Source of the DNA: Eledone cirrhosa
Taxonomy: Eukaryota
Assembly (NCBI GenBank): GCA_964016885.1
Contig: OZ024740.1
Span: forward strand, 72,974,001-73,038,000
Length of the DNA stretch: 64,000 nucleotides
Direction: 5' to 3'
This document shows positions 48,543 to 62,720 of the stretch, piece by piece. The position numbers were made by a program, and so were the translations under genes. Every line of letters starts with the position of its first letter. The first letter of the stretch is position 1. Below the pieces are notes generated by a model. That model saw only the letters and a list, made by a program, of their open reading frames with translations. It was not told where the DNA came from and made no database searches.

Positions 48543-50220
48543 TTATCTCCAAATCACTGATTTGTCGAGCAAACTTGCCAAAACCACTTCTAAAAAAATT
48601 TTTTTTTGGGGTGTTAGTAGGCGTCAGTCATCTTACCATCCCATTCCTTCTAACTAGCCTCTGTGTCACGTGATTGATTCTTTAGAATCGGCCATTTGAC
48701 CTGAAGCAGTGAGAATTTCGGTACATAGAATCCAGTCCTCGCCAGCTGTTCGATCTACCGAGTTATTATTATTTTTATATGAGCCGCCAGTGTCCGCGCA
48801 TTGCTTGGAGACTTAACTGAGAATAGACTCCCTGATGACGCAATGAATTCTCGACAGTTGGATTACGTAACTGTCTTTATCCCATTGCAGAAACTAATTA
48901 GTTGGAGTGAAAATTTAAGTAAGTAAGTAAAAAATTTTTTTAAAATTTTTTAAAAAAATATTTTCTTATTTTACGTCTTTTATATTATTGTTCTGCATTC
49001 TCCTGCATTGAACCACCTAGGTACTATGACATAACCTGTGTATTTGCTAGCATGGGCGTGCATCTGTGCGCTTATGTTAGTTGATATATTAAATTATCTA
49101 TATTTATCTCCAAATCACTGATTTGTCGAGCAAACTTGCCAAAACCACTTCTAAAAAAATTTTTTTTTTGGGGTGTTAGTAGGCGTCAGTCATCTTACCA
49201 TCCCATTCCTTCTAACTAGCCTCTGTGTCACGTGATTGATTCTTTAGAATCGGCCATTTGACCTGAAGCAGTGAGAATTTCGGTACATAGAATCCAGTCC
49301 TCGCCAGCTGTTCGATCTACCGAGTTATTATTATTTTTATATGAGCCGCCAGTGTCCGCGCATTGCTTGGAGACTTAACTGAGAATAGACTCCCTGATGA
49401 CGCAATGAATTCTCGACAGTTGGATTACGTAACTGTCTTTATCCCATTGCAGAAACTAATTAGTTGGAGTGAAAATTTAAGTAAGTAAGTAAAAAATTTT
49501 TTAAAAATTTTTTAAAAAAATATTTTCTTATTTTACGTCTTTTATATTATTGTTCTGCATTCTCCTGCATTGAACCACCTAGGTACTATGACATAACCTG
49601 TGTATTTGCTAGCATGGGCGTGCATCTGTGCGCTTATGTTAGTTGATATATTAAATTATCTATATTTATCTCCAAATCACTGATTTGTCGAGCAAACTTG
49701 CCAAAACCACTTCTAAAAAAATTTTTTTTTTGGGGTGTTAGTAGGCGTCAGTCATCTTACCATCCCATTCCTTCTAACTAGCCTCTGTGTCACGTGATTG
49801 ATTCTTTAGAATCGGCCATTTGACCTGAAGCAGTGAGAATTTCGGTACATAGAATCCAGTCCTCGCCAGCTGTTCGATCTACCGAGTTATTATTATTTTT
49901 ATATGAGCCGCCAGTGTCCGCGCATTGCCTGGAGACTTAACTGAGAATAGACTCCCTGATGACGCAATGAATTCTCGACAGTTGGATTACGTAACTGTCT
50001 TTATCCCATTGCAGAAACTAATTAGTTGGAGTGAAAATTTAAGTAAGTAAGTAAAAAATTTTTTTAAAATTTAAAAAAAAAATATTTTCTTATTTTACGT
50101 CTTTTATATTATTGTTCTGCATTCTCCTGCATTGAACCACCTAGGTACTATGACATAACCTGTGTATTTGCTAGCATGGGCGTGCATCTGTGCGCTTATG
50201 TTAGTTGATATATTAAATTA

Positions 50221-50225
<5 letters not shown>
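48541..50225 (+). repeat. Three tandem ~561-bp units, each with one HHR (retrozyme-like)
   Basis: atttatctcc starts at 48541, 49102 and 49664. Units are almost identical and the array is flanked by (TA)n. Confidence 0.93.
48827..48908 (+). ncRNA. Type I hammerhead with extended stem II (copies at 49389-49470 and 49951-50032)
   Basis: ACTCC-CTGATGA-cGCAATG..GACAGTT/AACTGTC..CATTGCa-GAAA-CTAATTAG-TT-GGAGT. Confidence 0.8.
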
Positions 50226-50262
<37 letters not shown>

Positions 50263-50644
50263 CTCTATTACGTGTTCCAGTCGATAGGCTGAGGCCATGC
50301 TTGGGCACTACCATTAAGTGCACACATGTATTGTTTGTACATTATGCAACTTTTTATGTAATTTCCAGGGGTCCCAGAAACCTATCTGAGATTTTCATCA
50401 ATTATGTCGATTCTAATCAATAGGAGAAGGTCCAGGTCAGCATTCAACCTTTCTGTATTTATCGTTTTTGTTGTGGTATAAGTATAGCCACTGCCTTCGG
50501 TTGTTTTTCTTGGTGTCACACTTTTTAACTGTTGTGTTTACTCTGGACGATAATATAATAACTTCTCTCACCATTGAGTGGTTTGTGATTGCCTCGAACA
50601 ACTCGAATATTACCTATCATATAGCATCTACGACTTCGGTTTAT

Positions 50645-50726
<82 letters not shown>

Positions 50727-50769
50727 GAAGAAGTTTATGAAATGGAAATGCGGGTATAAAGAATATATT

Positions 50770-50886
50770 AGGTAACAATTGTTTCTATAGTGTGTGGGTT
50801 ACCTATACTTCGCTATTTGTATAATATAAAAATATTATCATAAATCGTAGGTATACTGTAAGAGAACACACCATGTCGTCAGACCT
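50770..50886 (-). ncRNA. Type I hammerhead with very long stem II insert
   Basis: Minus strand reads AGGT-CTGACGA-cATGGTGTG...CACACTATa-GAAA-CAATTG-TT-ACCT. Confidence 0.65.
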
Positions 50887-50991
50887 TTATGGTAGAATGA
50901 TAGGAGAATATTTTATACACTAGATATGTGAGAAAGGTTGACTCCATCCAATGCGACTACCTAGTAACATTGGAGTACAGATTTATTAATT

Positions 50992-51695
50992 CGATATGTG
51001 TTTGTGAGTATTGATTTATTATTTTTTAGATCGACACAGGCAGACTATATGTATTTGAATTAAGATATTTCATTCTAGCTATTTTATTGTCAATTACAAC
51101 AAAAACACGTAAGTGTTTATCATATATTAATTTATACTGCTCAGAAATGATTCTTAGAGCTAAAATAATTGTAAATGACCTCATTGAGTGTAAACTCTAA
51201 ATTATATTATATTACTGCTCTCTCAGTTGAGCTGAATTTGTAATCCCATATAAACGGCTGTTATTTCTAGCACTATGAGTATGGGAGGCTAGAGGACTGG
51301 AACAATTAATGTGCAAAACCTCGTGTATTTTCGCTACGTGAACCAGACCTTAGATATTTTCCGAGGTGAAGTTACTTAATTTATCTGGGTACCTATTGAT
51401 AAACACAGAAAATTGATTATCTCACTACTAATTAATTAATTATTTCACTATTATACCATCCTTTGTGAAACATGTTTAGATTTTGAAGTTCGGACTGATC
51501 TGCGGAAAAAGTTTGTATTTTGAAATTTAAACGTGTCTAGGTACCAAGGCCTTTTGCCGATATGTGTTTGTGAGTATTGATTTATTATTTTTTAGATCGA
51601 TACAGGCAGACTATATGTATTTGAATTAAGATATTTCATTCTAGCTATTTTATTGTCAATTACAACAAAAACACGTAAGTGTTTATCATATATTA

Positions 51696-51700
<5 letters not shown>
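50992..51700. repeat. Partial tandem: ~142-bp direct repeats, period 566 bp
   Basis: cgatatgtgtttgtgag...catatattaattta starts at 50992 and 51558. Confidence 0.9.
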
Positions 51701-51760
<60 letters not shown>

Positions 51761-51766
51761 ATATAT

Positions 51767-51939
<173 letters not shown>

Positions 51940-52102
51940 GTACATACTTATATATGCATATATATATATATATACACACATATATATATATATATACATA
52001 TATATATTAGAGATATACATACATATATATATACATATATATATATAAGAGATATACATACATATATATATACATATATATATATATTAGAGATATACAT
52101 AC

Positions 52103-52140
<38 letters not shown>

Positions 52141-52187
52141 ATATATATATATACATACATATATACATATATATATATATACATATA

Positions 52188-52327
<140 letters not shown>

Positions 52328-52591
52328 TTGTTATTATGAACTATAGTAGTAATTTTAGCAAATTTTTGCTCAACAAAATAATTTGGAGCTAATTATAAAG
52401 AATTAGTATATATACCAACATATATATACAGATGTATACCTATGCACGCAAATATAATTTTCTTATTTTACGTTTTTCATATTATTGTTCTGCATCCCCT
52501 TGCATTGAACCACAAAGTTACTAAGACAAAACCTATATATTGGCTTGCATAGGTATACATCTGTATATATATGTTGGTAGATATACTAATT

Positions 52592-52676
<85 letters not shown>

Positions 52677-52753
52677 AATGTATATATATGTGTATATATA
52701 TATGTATATATATATATATGTATATATATATATACATATATATACATATACAC

Positions 52754-52788
<35 letters not shown>

Positions 52789-53105
52789 CACATATATATA
52801 TACATTTACAACCATGTCTTGTTACCATATTTTTTATATCTGGACCCCATTATATGCACGATTCAAGAGAGCAGAGTGTCGTTAGAATTATCCCGCGTTT
52901 ATGCTTGCGGATATTTATTTCACGTGAAGAGCATGAAGTAACTATATACTACATTGATTAGCTATATAGCATGCATAATATATATACATATAGTACATAT
53001 ACTGTATACACATATGTATGTATGTATGTATATGAGTGTGTGTGTACGTGTATTTATATAGAGTACATATGATGTATGTATATACACACACACACACATA
53101 TACAT

Positions 53106-53138
<33 letters not shown>

Positions 53139-53577
53139 ATGGTACCATCAAATCAAAGACATTTTAAATGTGAAGATGGTTTGAACAGCAGTAAAGAAAA
53201 CCATCACCACCACCAACAACAACAACAACAACAAGAACAACAACAAGAACAACAACAAGAACAACAACAAGAACAACAACAAGAACAACAACAACATCTA
53301 CAATAGCAAAAGTTTCAAGGCATTAACGACAAGAAAAAATTGGTTTAGAATCTATTTTTTGTGTTTTTTATGAAAAGAAGCAAATATGAGCTAAGATGTA
53401 AATATTTCTTGCTCTAAGATTCAAAGTATTTCAAAGCAACTTACAACATAAAATGTTTTGGAAATGTTAAATAAATGAAACGAGAAATAAAATAGGGACT
53501 TCATGTAAAAACATGAATAAATTCCATAACCTGCCTGATTATATACACAGTAGTTATAACTGTGGCATATGTATCCT

Positions 53578-53624
<47 letters not shown>

Positions 53625-53625
<1 letters not shown>

Positions 53626-53768
53626 AAGTAATATATATGTATAAATAAACACAGTAAATTTTGTGTCTAAAATTACGAGGGTATAAGATACCACATTAGT
53701 GGTATATTATACCCTCGTAATTTTAGACACGAAATTTACTGTTTTTTATACATATATATTACTATATA
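53625..53768. repeat. ~140-bp palindrome next to (TA)n
   Basis: gtgtctaaaattacgagggtataa..ccac atta gtgg..ttataccctcgtaattttagacac. Confidence 0.9.
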
Positions 53769-53948
53769 ATTGTTTCTACTTTTGGCACAAGGTCAGCAAT
53801 TAACCAGTACATTACTGGTACTTTATTTTATCGACCCTGTAAGGATGAAAGGCAAAGTTAACCTCGGCGGGATTTGAACTCAGACCGTAAAGAGACGTAA
53901 CTATGCTGGAAAGCATGGCGTCCGACTCTCTACCGATACTGCCAATTC
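53766..53948 (-). mobile_element. SINE family A
   Basis: Same consensus as 17638-17820. Confidence 0.9.
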
Positions 53949-54731
53949 ACAATGCTCGGTATTTATACTTTTAGCTTGTTTTAATTACAGGGTACCTATA
54001 TGAGTTAATAACTCTGTATTTTATTTGTATAAATATATATATATATATATAACAAATTTAATATAGAAATGGTTTCTACAAGACTATAACTGTTTATTCG
54101 AAGGAAATCATTAGGGATTTCCTGATGATTTCCTTCGAATGAAACAGTTCTAGAAGCCATTTCTATATTAAACGTGTTGTATACACTCTACTAATGTATT
54201 GAGTACCTTACTTACACTGGTTACCCCCGATTGAGCCGGGGACTCTCATATATATATGTGTGTGGCGGGGGGTGTATCTCTGTGTAAGTTTAGAGGGATT
54301 TTTAACTACTACAACCATCACACGCAATCACTAAAGGTTTTAGGTGCCTTTGGAGTTGAAAGCACACAGAGGCTCAGATACTCACTCCATTCTCCTCCTT
54401 CCTTTAATCCAGTTGAACATCTAGGATGTTATAGCTAGAAAGAGAGAAAGGGCTGCACCAACAAATATCGATCTCGAACGTTTGAAAGGTAAATTGGGCC
54501 TCGACTGGATTAGAACCCATTTACGCAGAAATCCGAAACAAATATCGAACGTTCTAACGACCGACAAAATTCGGAAGTGGAAAAAAGAGATACAGTTAGA
54601 TATTCAAACTGACGCTTTCACAAACATATACTATACATGCACATATCATTCATATATACATGTATATGTGTTTGTGTATTGTGTGTGTAAGTATATATAT
54701 TTCTGGCAATATTATAACAATATGACCCTCT

Positions 54732-54822
<91 letters not shown>

Positions 54823-55056
54823 GAGAGACAGAGAGAGAGAGAAAAGATTGGGACTGGAGTCGGGTCTATAGCATTAATATGAATCCAGAGCCACACATCT
54901 GTGGAACGTCCGTAACTGAGCCAAATAAATAAAAACCTCAACATGAAACCTCGTTTTTGTTCTTAATGTATACACTCTGCTATAGTATGGAGTGCTGATA
55001 TCGGTACCTTCCTCAGTAAACCAAGAATCTGCTGAATCACCAATTTCTCTCTCTTA

Positions 55057-55137
<81 letters not shown>

Positions 55138-55150
55138 GACATGTATATAC

Positions 55151-55224
<74 letters not shown>

Positions 55225-55323
55225 ATAATAATAAATTTGAAGACTAAAATCCAAAGAGGGCTCGATAAGGATAAATATATATCAAATATATAAGAACCGT
55301 AGAGCAAATATTTATTATTTCTG

Positions 55324-55374
55324 AGTTTCAGAAGATCCCGTTAAGGGTGAAAGCAGCGATTCTTTGCTTAAACT
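55324..55374 (+). ncRNA. Variant hammerhead (core CAGAAGA) of family H2; pieces also at 56214-56365 and 37145-37225
   Basis: AGTTT-CAGAAGA-t-CCC gttaa GGG-t-GAAA-GCA gcgattctt TGC-TT-AAACT. Confidence 0.55.
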
Positions 55375-55549
55375 TTTCGTGTACAGATATTTTTGCATAC
55401 ACAAAAACAAAATATAAACAAACGTATTTATTTCACGAAAGCACAGACGGCTTATCGTCATTGTTATTGCCGATATGCCACCCCAAAAGTCCTAGACTGG
55501 CCGCAAGATCAGATTTTCCAGAAGAAAAAATGTTACTAGAGCAACAGAG

Positions 55550-56361
55550 AGACTAAGCTTCCCGATTACTATGAACAAAGCTCAGGGTCAAACCCTAAAA
55601 GTGGCTGGCCTTCATCTGGGAAAACCATGGTCAATTGTATGTAGGATGCTCTAGGGTGAGCTCGCCAAACAATCTCTTCATCTTTGCTCCGGAGGGCCGA
55701 ACAAAAAATATTGTATACTCTGAGGCTCTAACAATGTAATTTATGTATTTTCTGTTACTTGGAATTTCCATTATGGTTGTACAAATTATTGTAAAGTTTG
55801 TTTAAAAATGTGTTCTCTGTTCAACCGTTATTGTTGTAACTATTAATTGTCTTTAACGTACTGGCTGCTGAACTGGGGAATCCTAGAAACTATTCAAACC
55901 CTACATCAGAGCACGTATCACACGAAAAAAACGAAAAGTGACAATCCGGAAAGTATGTACAGGATTGGGGATAAGAATATATCCAGGAAAGTTTGTTGAT
56001 ACTAATTTTATAACAACAAAGAAGAAGAAAGACATACCACATATGCTAACCAACATGACTGCTATTTCTAGCAGGTTGGGAATCAACCATAAGGGATTCT
56101 CTCTGCGAGTTCGTTGTCAGTGATGATCGTGTTTCGCAGCCTGTCTCCGATTCCAACGGTGGTTTACACACACACACGCACGCACACGCACACACACACA
56201 CACATATATATATGATCCCGTTAAGGGTGAAAGCAGCGATTCTTTGCTTAAACTTTAATCTGTTATTTTAATAAATATTTGCTCTACGGTTCTTATATAT
56301 TTGATATATATTTATCCTTATCGAGCCCTTTTGGGATTTTAGTCTTCAAATTTATTATTAT

Positions 56362-56419
<58 letters not shown>

Positions 56420-56576
56420 ACATATATATATATACAAACACACACAAACATACACACACATGCACACAATACACACACACTGTAAACAAGACAATGCATT
56501 CAATACAGACATTTTCTCTTCTGTCGGTCTTCTCTTATCATTTGTTAACCTTGGCGAAGCTGGGTACCTCAGCTAG
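55550..56576 (+). mobile_element. Internally deleted Helitron: Pif1-type helicase C-terminus and 3' hairpin-CTAG end
   Basis: 55550-55739 reads RLSFPITMNKAQGQTLKVAGLHL / HGQLYVGCSRV..TKNIVYSEAL with one frameshift. The hairpin ccttggc gaa gctggg is followed by CTAG-t at 56573-56577. Confidence 0.85.
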
Positions 56577-56926
56577 TATATATATAAATATATATATACT
56601 TCATCGTTTCCTTTATAAATATATATATACTTCATCGTTTTTCTTTATATATATATATATAGTTTGACAATCGCCACAGACAGACGAATGCGAGAAAGTT
56701 CTCCAACCCAAGTTAACCAGGAATCTCTAAAATTCTTCCCACCGAAGTTAACAAAGAACTTAACTGGATCTACCAACTCATAATATTATAATATTATAAC
56801 ATTAGATCAAAAATGTTTCACTACAAGTGAAGTCATTCTTATCCTTTTTTTCAAATATACCTAACTGTACCAAGGAAAGCAGACATTTTCCAATATGTAT
56901 ATATATTTATTCACTTCATCGTTTTT

Positions 56927-56968
<42 letters not shown>

Positions 56969-57479
56969 AACGATGAAGTTTTCTTTACATATATTCAAGT
57001 TTTTATTGTGTCCCAACCTGTTACACGAATATACATACACACACCTTGTGTATAGAAGTCTAAAGACACTATTGCCTGAGATTTCTCGCTGTTGTATGGT
57101 GCACGTGCCTGTGGACTGCTCAACGACTGGTATTTTAATCTTACCAGGAGGCTGTTCCGCTGATCGAATCAGCTAGTACATTCGTTGTCCACATTGACGG
57201 AGGTCCCCCCCCCTCCAACCCACACACACAAACACACGCACAAGAAATATTTCCAATCTTTATTTCCCCAGAGGAGCCTACATTATAGTAACAATGTCAC
57301 CACCCCCAATCACCAAAGTCCAACCAATAATTGATGGGTATAGAAACTCGGGCACTAATGACAGTGCTCCAGCATGGCCACAGTCCATGTGGTGGAATAG
57401 TTAAAAGATTTTATGAATATTAAGAGAATACTAAAGACAGACATATTCGTGCATCACCAGTGGTTTCGTAATATATATA

Positions 57480-58335
57480 CAGGCTGAGTGGAAAGGCCCT
57501 CCCTAGTTTATTTTTTATGCAGAAATATTCACCAATTATATAAATGTTTATGTGTAAACAAATAATTTCATTTTCATTATTATACGTTAACTTTAGGGCG
57601 GTGGATTGGCAATATCGGTAGAGGGTCTGACGCCATGCTTTGCAGCAAAGAGTTACGGCCCTTTATGGTCTGAGTTCAAATCCCGCCGAGGTTAACTTTG
57701 CCTTTCATCCTTACGGGGTCGATAAAATAAAGTACCAGTAATGTACTGGATAATTAATAGCCTTGTACCAAAAGTAGAAACAATTATTATACGTTTAGTG
57801 AATTGAAGAAAGATGTTGTCAACTGAAGAAAGAATTTCAATTGTTTTGTTAATGGCAGATTACAAGTCTGTAACTGTTGTTTATGGAAAATGATCAACTC
57901 TGCACAAGCCCTTTCACACAAAATTCAAAGAAACAGGATCATTACATGACCTTGACAGGGGTGGAAGACCCAGTTTGGATGAAGACAAGATGAAACAGAT
58001 TGAAGAAACTTTCGTAAAAGCAACATCAACATATCTCAGACAGGCATCAAGTCAGCTTGATATTCCTTATTCAACTATTCGTGAGAATTTATAATACCAT
58101 ATTGGCCATATAAACTATCAAATGTGCAACAACTGTTTCCATCTTGAAGCTGCATTCGACAATTTCGTGAAGAGACTTGATATGTACATATCTATGGAAG
58201 GTGCGCATTTTGAATATTTTTCTTAACACAGTTAAAAATGTTATATCATGTTACTTTAAAAAATAAAGACAATAGATTGCTTGGAAGGTATTTTGTTATG
58301 ATTATTTTCGATGAAAACTAGTGAGGGATTTTATA
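57480..58335 (+). mobile_element. Deleted Tc1/mariner-superfamily transposon relic interrupted by a SINE
   Basis: KFKETGSLHDLDRGGRP..RQASSQLDIPYSTI (HTH, ~57920-58090) and FDNFVKRLDMYISMEGAHFEYF (C-terminus). Partial inverted ends ccctccctagttt and aaactagtgaggg. Confidence 0.8.
57596..57790 (+). mobile_element. SINE family A, near full length
   Basis: A-box TGGCAATATCGG, B-box GAGTTCAAATCC, central ctttgcctttcatcct..gggtcgataaaa and an (att)n tail. Confidence 0.9.
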
Positions 58336-58718
58336 ATAATTTTGATCAATACACAATAATATCGATCATATATATGTGTGTGTGCCTGTGTGTGTGTATT
58401 CAACAAGTGATTTTAATCACTGGACATATAATCCACCCTGAGTAACCCCACCACTCCCGTTTCCTGGAGTTTTAATCTAACTTATCGAATTCAATACATA
58501 TTTGAATATGGTTCTTCCTTTATCGAACTTATCGGTCTTATCTGTCCGACCGTGACATAGAGCAGTACACTGCAAACAACAACAACCTCCCCGGTACAAA
58601 CATAAACACGACACTTACACGTGCACTCACACATACATACATACACATACACACACATACATACACACATACACACATACACACATACAAAACACACACA
58701 CAATATATATATATACAT

Positions 58719-59001
58719 CTGTGGCGAAGGGTAACCTGGAAAGCAGGGCATGCAGCCCAATCGCCATGGCGGAAAGTGGGGCTGTGCAGCCTTACCCCCC
58801 CCCCCCCATTCCCTCTAAATGACCCCACGGGTCAAAGCCGCATGTAGTGTTATCTAGTGTGTGTGTGTGTGTTATCTTTTTATGTGTCTACGATTTAGTA
58901 AGCAGCCAAAATTCTGCTTGCTTCAACCGACGCAATTGATCAAATCAAGATTCTATAACGCATGCACGGCTTGCGTTGCATGCACGCACCCTTCGCCCCT
59001 G
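58719..59001. mobile_element. hAT-like MITE, inverted second copy of 35738-36139
   Basis: Termini ctgtggcgaagggt and acccttcgcccctg; flanks atatacat/atatatat. Confidence 0.8.
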
Positions 59002-59455
59002 ATATATATATATTGTGGTAAAATATATAAAAGACCAAAACCCAGAGAAGACTTGTGTGTGTGTGATAAAGTTATATCTCTATATATACATAGTGTGTAA
59101 CCGAAACTGCAGCAACATGTATAAATATATACACATATGTAATTTGAAAGCATCCAGAAAATAGGAATTTCCCAGTAAATTGAAAAATGATAAATATCTT
59201 TAATAGATTTTCGGATCTCATTGGAATCTTACCAAAAGACGTTTATATCATCCAAAGTAAAGATGTTTTTGATAGGTATATATCCATTCACTGTTAGTAT
59301 TATTCTTAAATGTACATACTAATTCGCACAGTTGCCTCTATCGTAGATATCGCATCGCTAGCCAGGCCGCCTCTCTATCAATTATTTGTTTATATTTTAT
59401 TATACCCCAGTAGGGATTACTGAACTAAATTTTTTAAATTAAATCTGTTATGTTC

Positions 59456-59536
59456 ATTACATCTGATTAAGTCACCGATTGTCTTACGACGTGGTCTGAT
59501 TGCGTAAACCGACAATAGAAATACGTATTATGTAAT
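59456..59536 (+). ncRNA. Variant hammerhead (core CTGATTA)
   Basis: ATTACAT-CTGATTA...ATTGTC..GACAAT-a-GAAA-TACGTA-TT-ATGTAAT. Confidence 0.6.
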
Positions 59537-59843
59537 TGTGAAATGTCAAAATTATATATTGGAATCCAGCCTTCTTGTATTTTCATTGACACACGCATTG
59601 AGATGCAATAACACGAGGTCTTATTAGTTTCACGCTTGGAGAGAGACGTAAATGAAGGATTCGACGTATCGGACATAAATCCTTCTTCGGGTAATGGAGA
59701 ATTCGGAGAGAGAGAGAGAGAGAGTTCGGAGAGAGAGAGAGAGAGAGTTCGGAGAGAGTTCGGAGAGAGCGAGAGAGGGGGGGGGGCGAGAGAGAATAAG
59801 GAAATACAAAGTAGTTTATATATTAAAGTCCTTTATTAATAAG

Positions 59844-59921
59844 GCCGTGATACATATTTCGATGACGACAGTGGCTTCGCGATTCCGTGTAGTACCCAGT
59901 GTCATGATCTCATCAGACAGC
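59844..59921 (-). ncRNA. Type I hammerhead, family shared with 61720-61770
   Basis: Minus strand reads GCTGT-CTGATGA-GAT..ATC-GAAA-TATGTA-TC-ACGGC. Confidence 0.75.
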
Positions 59922-60244
59922 TTCTTATATAATAAGGTTAAAATCAGGAGGTAATCCAAAATTGAAGCGATAAGTGAACGGACAACCACGATGTTCATGA
60001 AGCGAATGCTCGTTCGCTTCATGAACAAATATGTGAGTATGAATATGTGTGCATATGTGTGTGGAGAGAGGGGTGGAGAAACGAGAGAGAGTGAGAGAGA
60101 TAGAAGACGGCGAGGCATTTAACAACATGCTGCTTCGATCGTCTCTGGGTCAAGAACATAAAAACACTTTTTTCTTCTCTGCTTTTTCTTTGCTTGTTTC
60201 CTTAAAGTTTACCATCATCCCGTTGGTATACAATTACGCAATTT

Positions 60245-60302
60245 ACACCTGAAGATGCCACCGGGTTCTTACGCAACCTGGCCACTGAAATGTGCATAAT
60301 GT
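60245..60302 (+). ncRNA. Type I hammerhead-like motif
   Basis: acac-CTGAAGA-tg..CCGGGTT cttacgc AACCTGG..ct-GAAA-TGTGCA-TA-atgt. Confidence 0.55.
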
Positions 60303-60368
60303 TTGCAGAAATATATAATTAAGGAAATTCAACATACTTGGCCTCCTGTCATTTCACTTTATAATATG

Positions 60369-60471
<103 letters not shown>

Positions 60472-60631
60472 GGAGTGTAACGTGAAGTCATTACAACAGC
60501 AGACGTCCGGTGAGCTTTTGATTCCAGAGTCGGGCCAGATCGATACAGATCGAACCTTGAGCTGATCAATAGCGAAACGCGCGTCATCAATCAATAAATA
60601 TAATTAAGGCTTAATAAATAGTTCTTGTATG

Positions 60632-60674
<43 letters not shown>

Positions 60675-60825
60675 CATAACAAAAGGAGAATCAGTGTTGC
60701 GACGAATAAAATTTATTAGACATATTACAATCGTTTCTCTGGCGACCAGCTCGATGCACGATCGATGTAAGAGCATTGAGTGCTCAAACAGCCTACCGCT
60801 TGCGGACGCTTAAAGCATCCCACAT

Positions 60826-60890
<65 letters not shown>

Positions 60891-60892
60891 GG

Positions 60893-60943
<51 letters not shown>

Positions 60944-61091
60944 AATAATGAAACAAAAGGCAAAGTTTAGTGCCTAATCAGTTCATTATTTACGATCGTT
61001 TCATGATAAATCTATATAGTGATTAATCGATACTAGTTATTGGCCCTACCATAGACAGATAATCACATATATGAATGTATGTATATATATA

Positions 61092-61158
<67 letters not shown>

Positions 61159-61387
61159 ATCAAACCCTTCAACTATACAGTTTACATTATAACAACTACA
61201 CAAATATACAACATGGTTCGAGAATTTGAAGTGAATAACACAGAATGGTGCCAGGCAAACTCTAAATCGATTTGTAAGATGAAAGGAACTTTTCCACTCG
61301 AAAATCAAACCATTCAGAAAGCTGACCTTACTTAGCATGGAAATAACTATACATATATATATTCAGTATTATTAAGACTAAAAAGTG

Positions 61388-61494
61388 AGTCTTGTAACTC
61401 TGGAGTTTCGCCTGTTCATGACAGGGTCATCAAACAAGAACTATTGTCTGATGACCCTGTGATAAACAGGCGAAACTCCAGAGTCACAAGACTT
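61388..61494. ncRNA. Head-to-head palindromic double hammerhead
   Basis: Plus copy 61444-61489 reads TTGT-CTGATGA-cCCTGT gataa ACAGGc-GAAA-CTC ca GAG-TC-ACAA. Mirror at 61391-61438 has TTGATGA. Confidence 0.82.
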
Positions 61495-61719
61495 AAAGAT
61501 ATTACACACACACGACCCCCCCCCCCCCCACACACACACAATTCACTTCAAGCACTCGATGTCATATTACTTCTAAAACAAGGATGACGAAGTATATTTA
61601 TAAAGAGGAAAATGTGAAGTTGTAAATGTTAGAGTCTATCCAAAGTAAAATATACATTTCTTTAGTCCGCTCCCTTCCACCCACAATTGCCTCGGAATTG
61701 TTACCTTTTACTCAATTTT

Positions 61720-61770
61720 GCTGTCTGAAGAAATCACGGTATCTATCGTCATGGAAATATGTATAACGGC
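61720..61770 (+). ncRNA. Type I hammerhead
   Basis: GCTGT-CTGAAGA-aATcACG gtatctat CGTcATg-GAAA-TATGTA-TA-ACGGC. Confidence 0.7.
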
Positions 61771-62197
61771 TCAATCAATAAAAGACTCTAACATCTACAA
61801 CTTCGCATTTTTGTCTTTATATATATATATATATATGAAGTATTTCCGTAGGAAAGTTAAAGGAAAAGACAGGCGCGTCTGTCTTCGTGAAACCTTTGGT
61901 AAATGAAATAATTATCTTACATAACTATATATATATATATTACATAACTATATATATATATATATATATAATATATATATTCAAGTAAAGAAATATCAGT
62001 AGTAGTCTACTAGTGGACTACTACCACCACGTTACTAACTACAGTAGTGTTATCAAAAACAAAAACCTCACAATTTCACACCTGTCTGATGAGCACACGT
62101 CAGACGGTTATTGCGCAATCCCTTTGACGTCTTTGAGATACATTTAACACGATTGTACAATAAATAGAGGATGTACATTTAAAACCACCTCTCTTCT

Positions 62198-62292
<95 letters not shown>

Positions 62293-62401
62293 TTTCACTT
62301 CCTTAGAGGACTAACAAAACACTCTGGATCTGAGCGTATCAATGAATTAACAAAGTAAAATCCATTCCAACATTGTTTTCCTGTTTTTTCTGTTCAAGTT
62401 G

Positions 62402-62465
62402 TTACTGCCTGATGAGGTCATAGCTGTTGAATAATGGCTATCACTGAAATATATATAGCAGCGAA
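62402..62465 (+). ncRNA. Type I hammerhead
   Basis: ttaCTGC-CTGATGA-ggtcATAGC..GCTATcact-GAAA-TATATA-TA-GCAGcgaa. Confidence 0.72.
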
Positions 62466-62527
62466 TATGAATAAACGAAGCTAATTTTACCCTGTTGACT
62501 TACACTTTTTGTTTTTACATTACTACC

Positions 62528-62720
62528 CAAGTAGAGTCGCTACTTCTCCGAATTGAGAGGCCACAGCTCCGGTACTTTGGGCATGTGGTTAGAATGTCTC
62601 AGGAAAGAAGCGCTGGACAGATTTTACGAGGAAACCAACCGGCAAGAGATCAAGAAGTAGACCCCGAGCAAGATAGTTGGATAACATCCATGAACTTGGC
62701 TGGTCTCGCTTGGAGAGAAG
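62528..62720 (+). mobile_element. RTE-clade LINE 3' fragment
   Basis: VESLLLRIERPQLRYFGHVVRMSQER, a typical RTE C-terminal motif. Confidence 0.8.

Noticed and set aside
57596-57690. tRNA gene
   Set aside because: A/B boxes are present, but there is no cloverleaf and it continues into a multi-copy SINE body.
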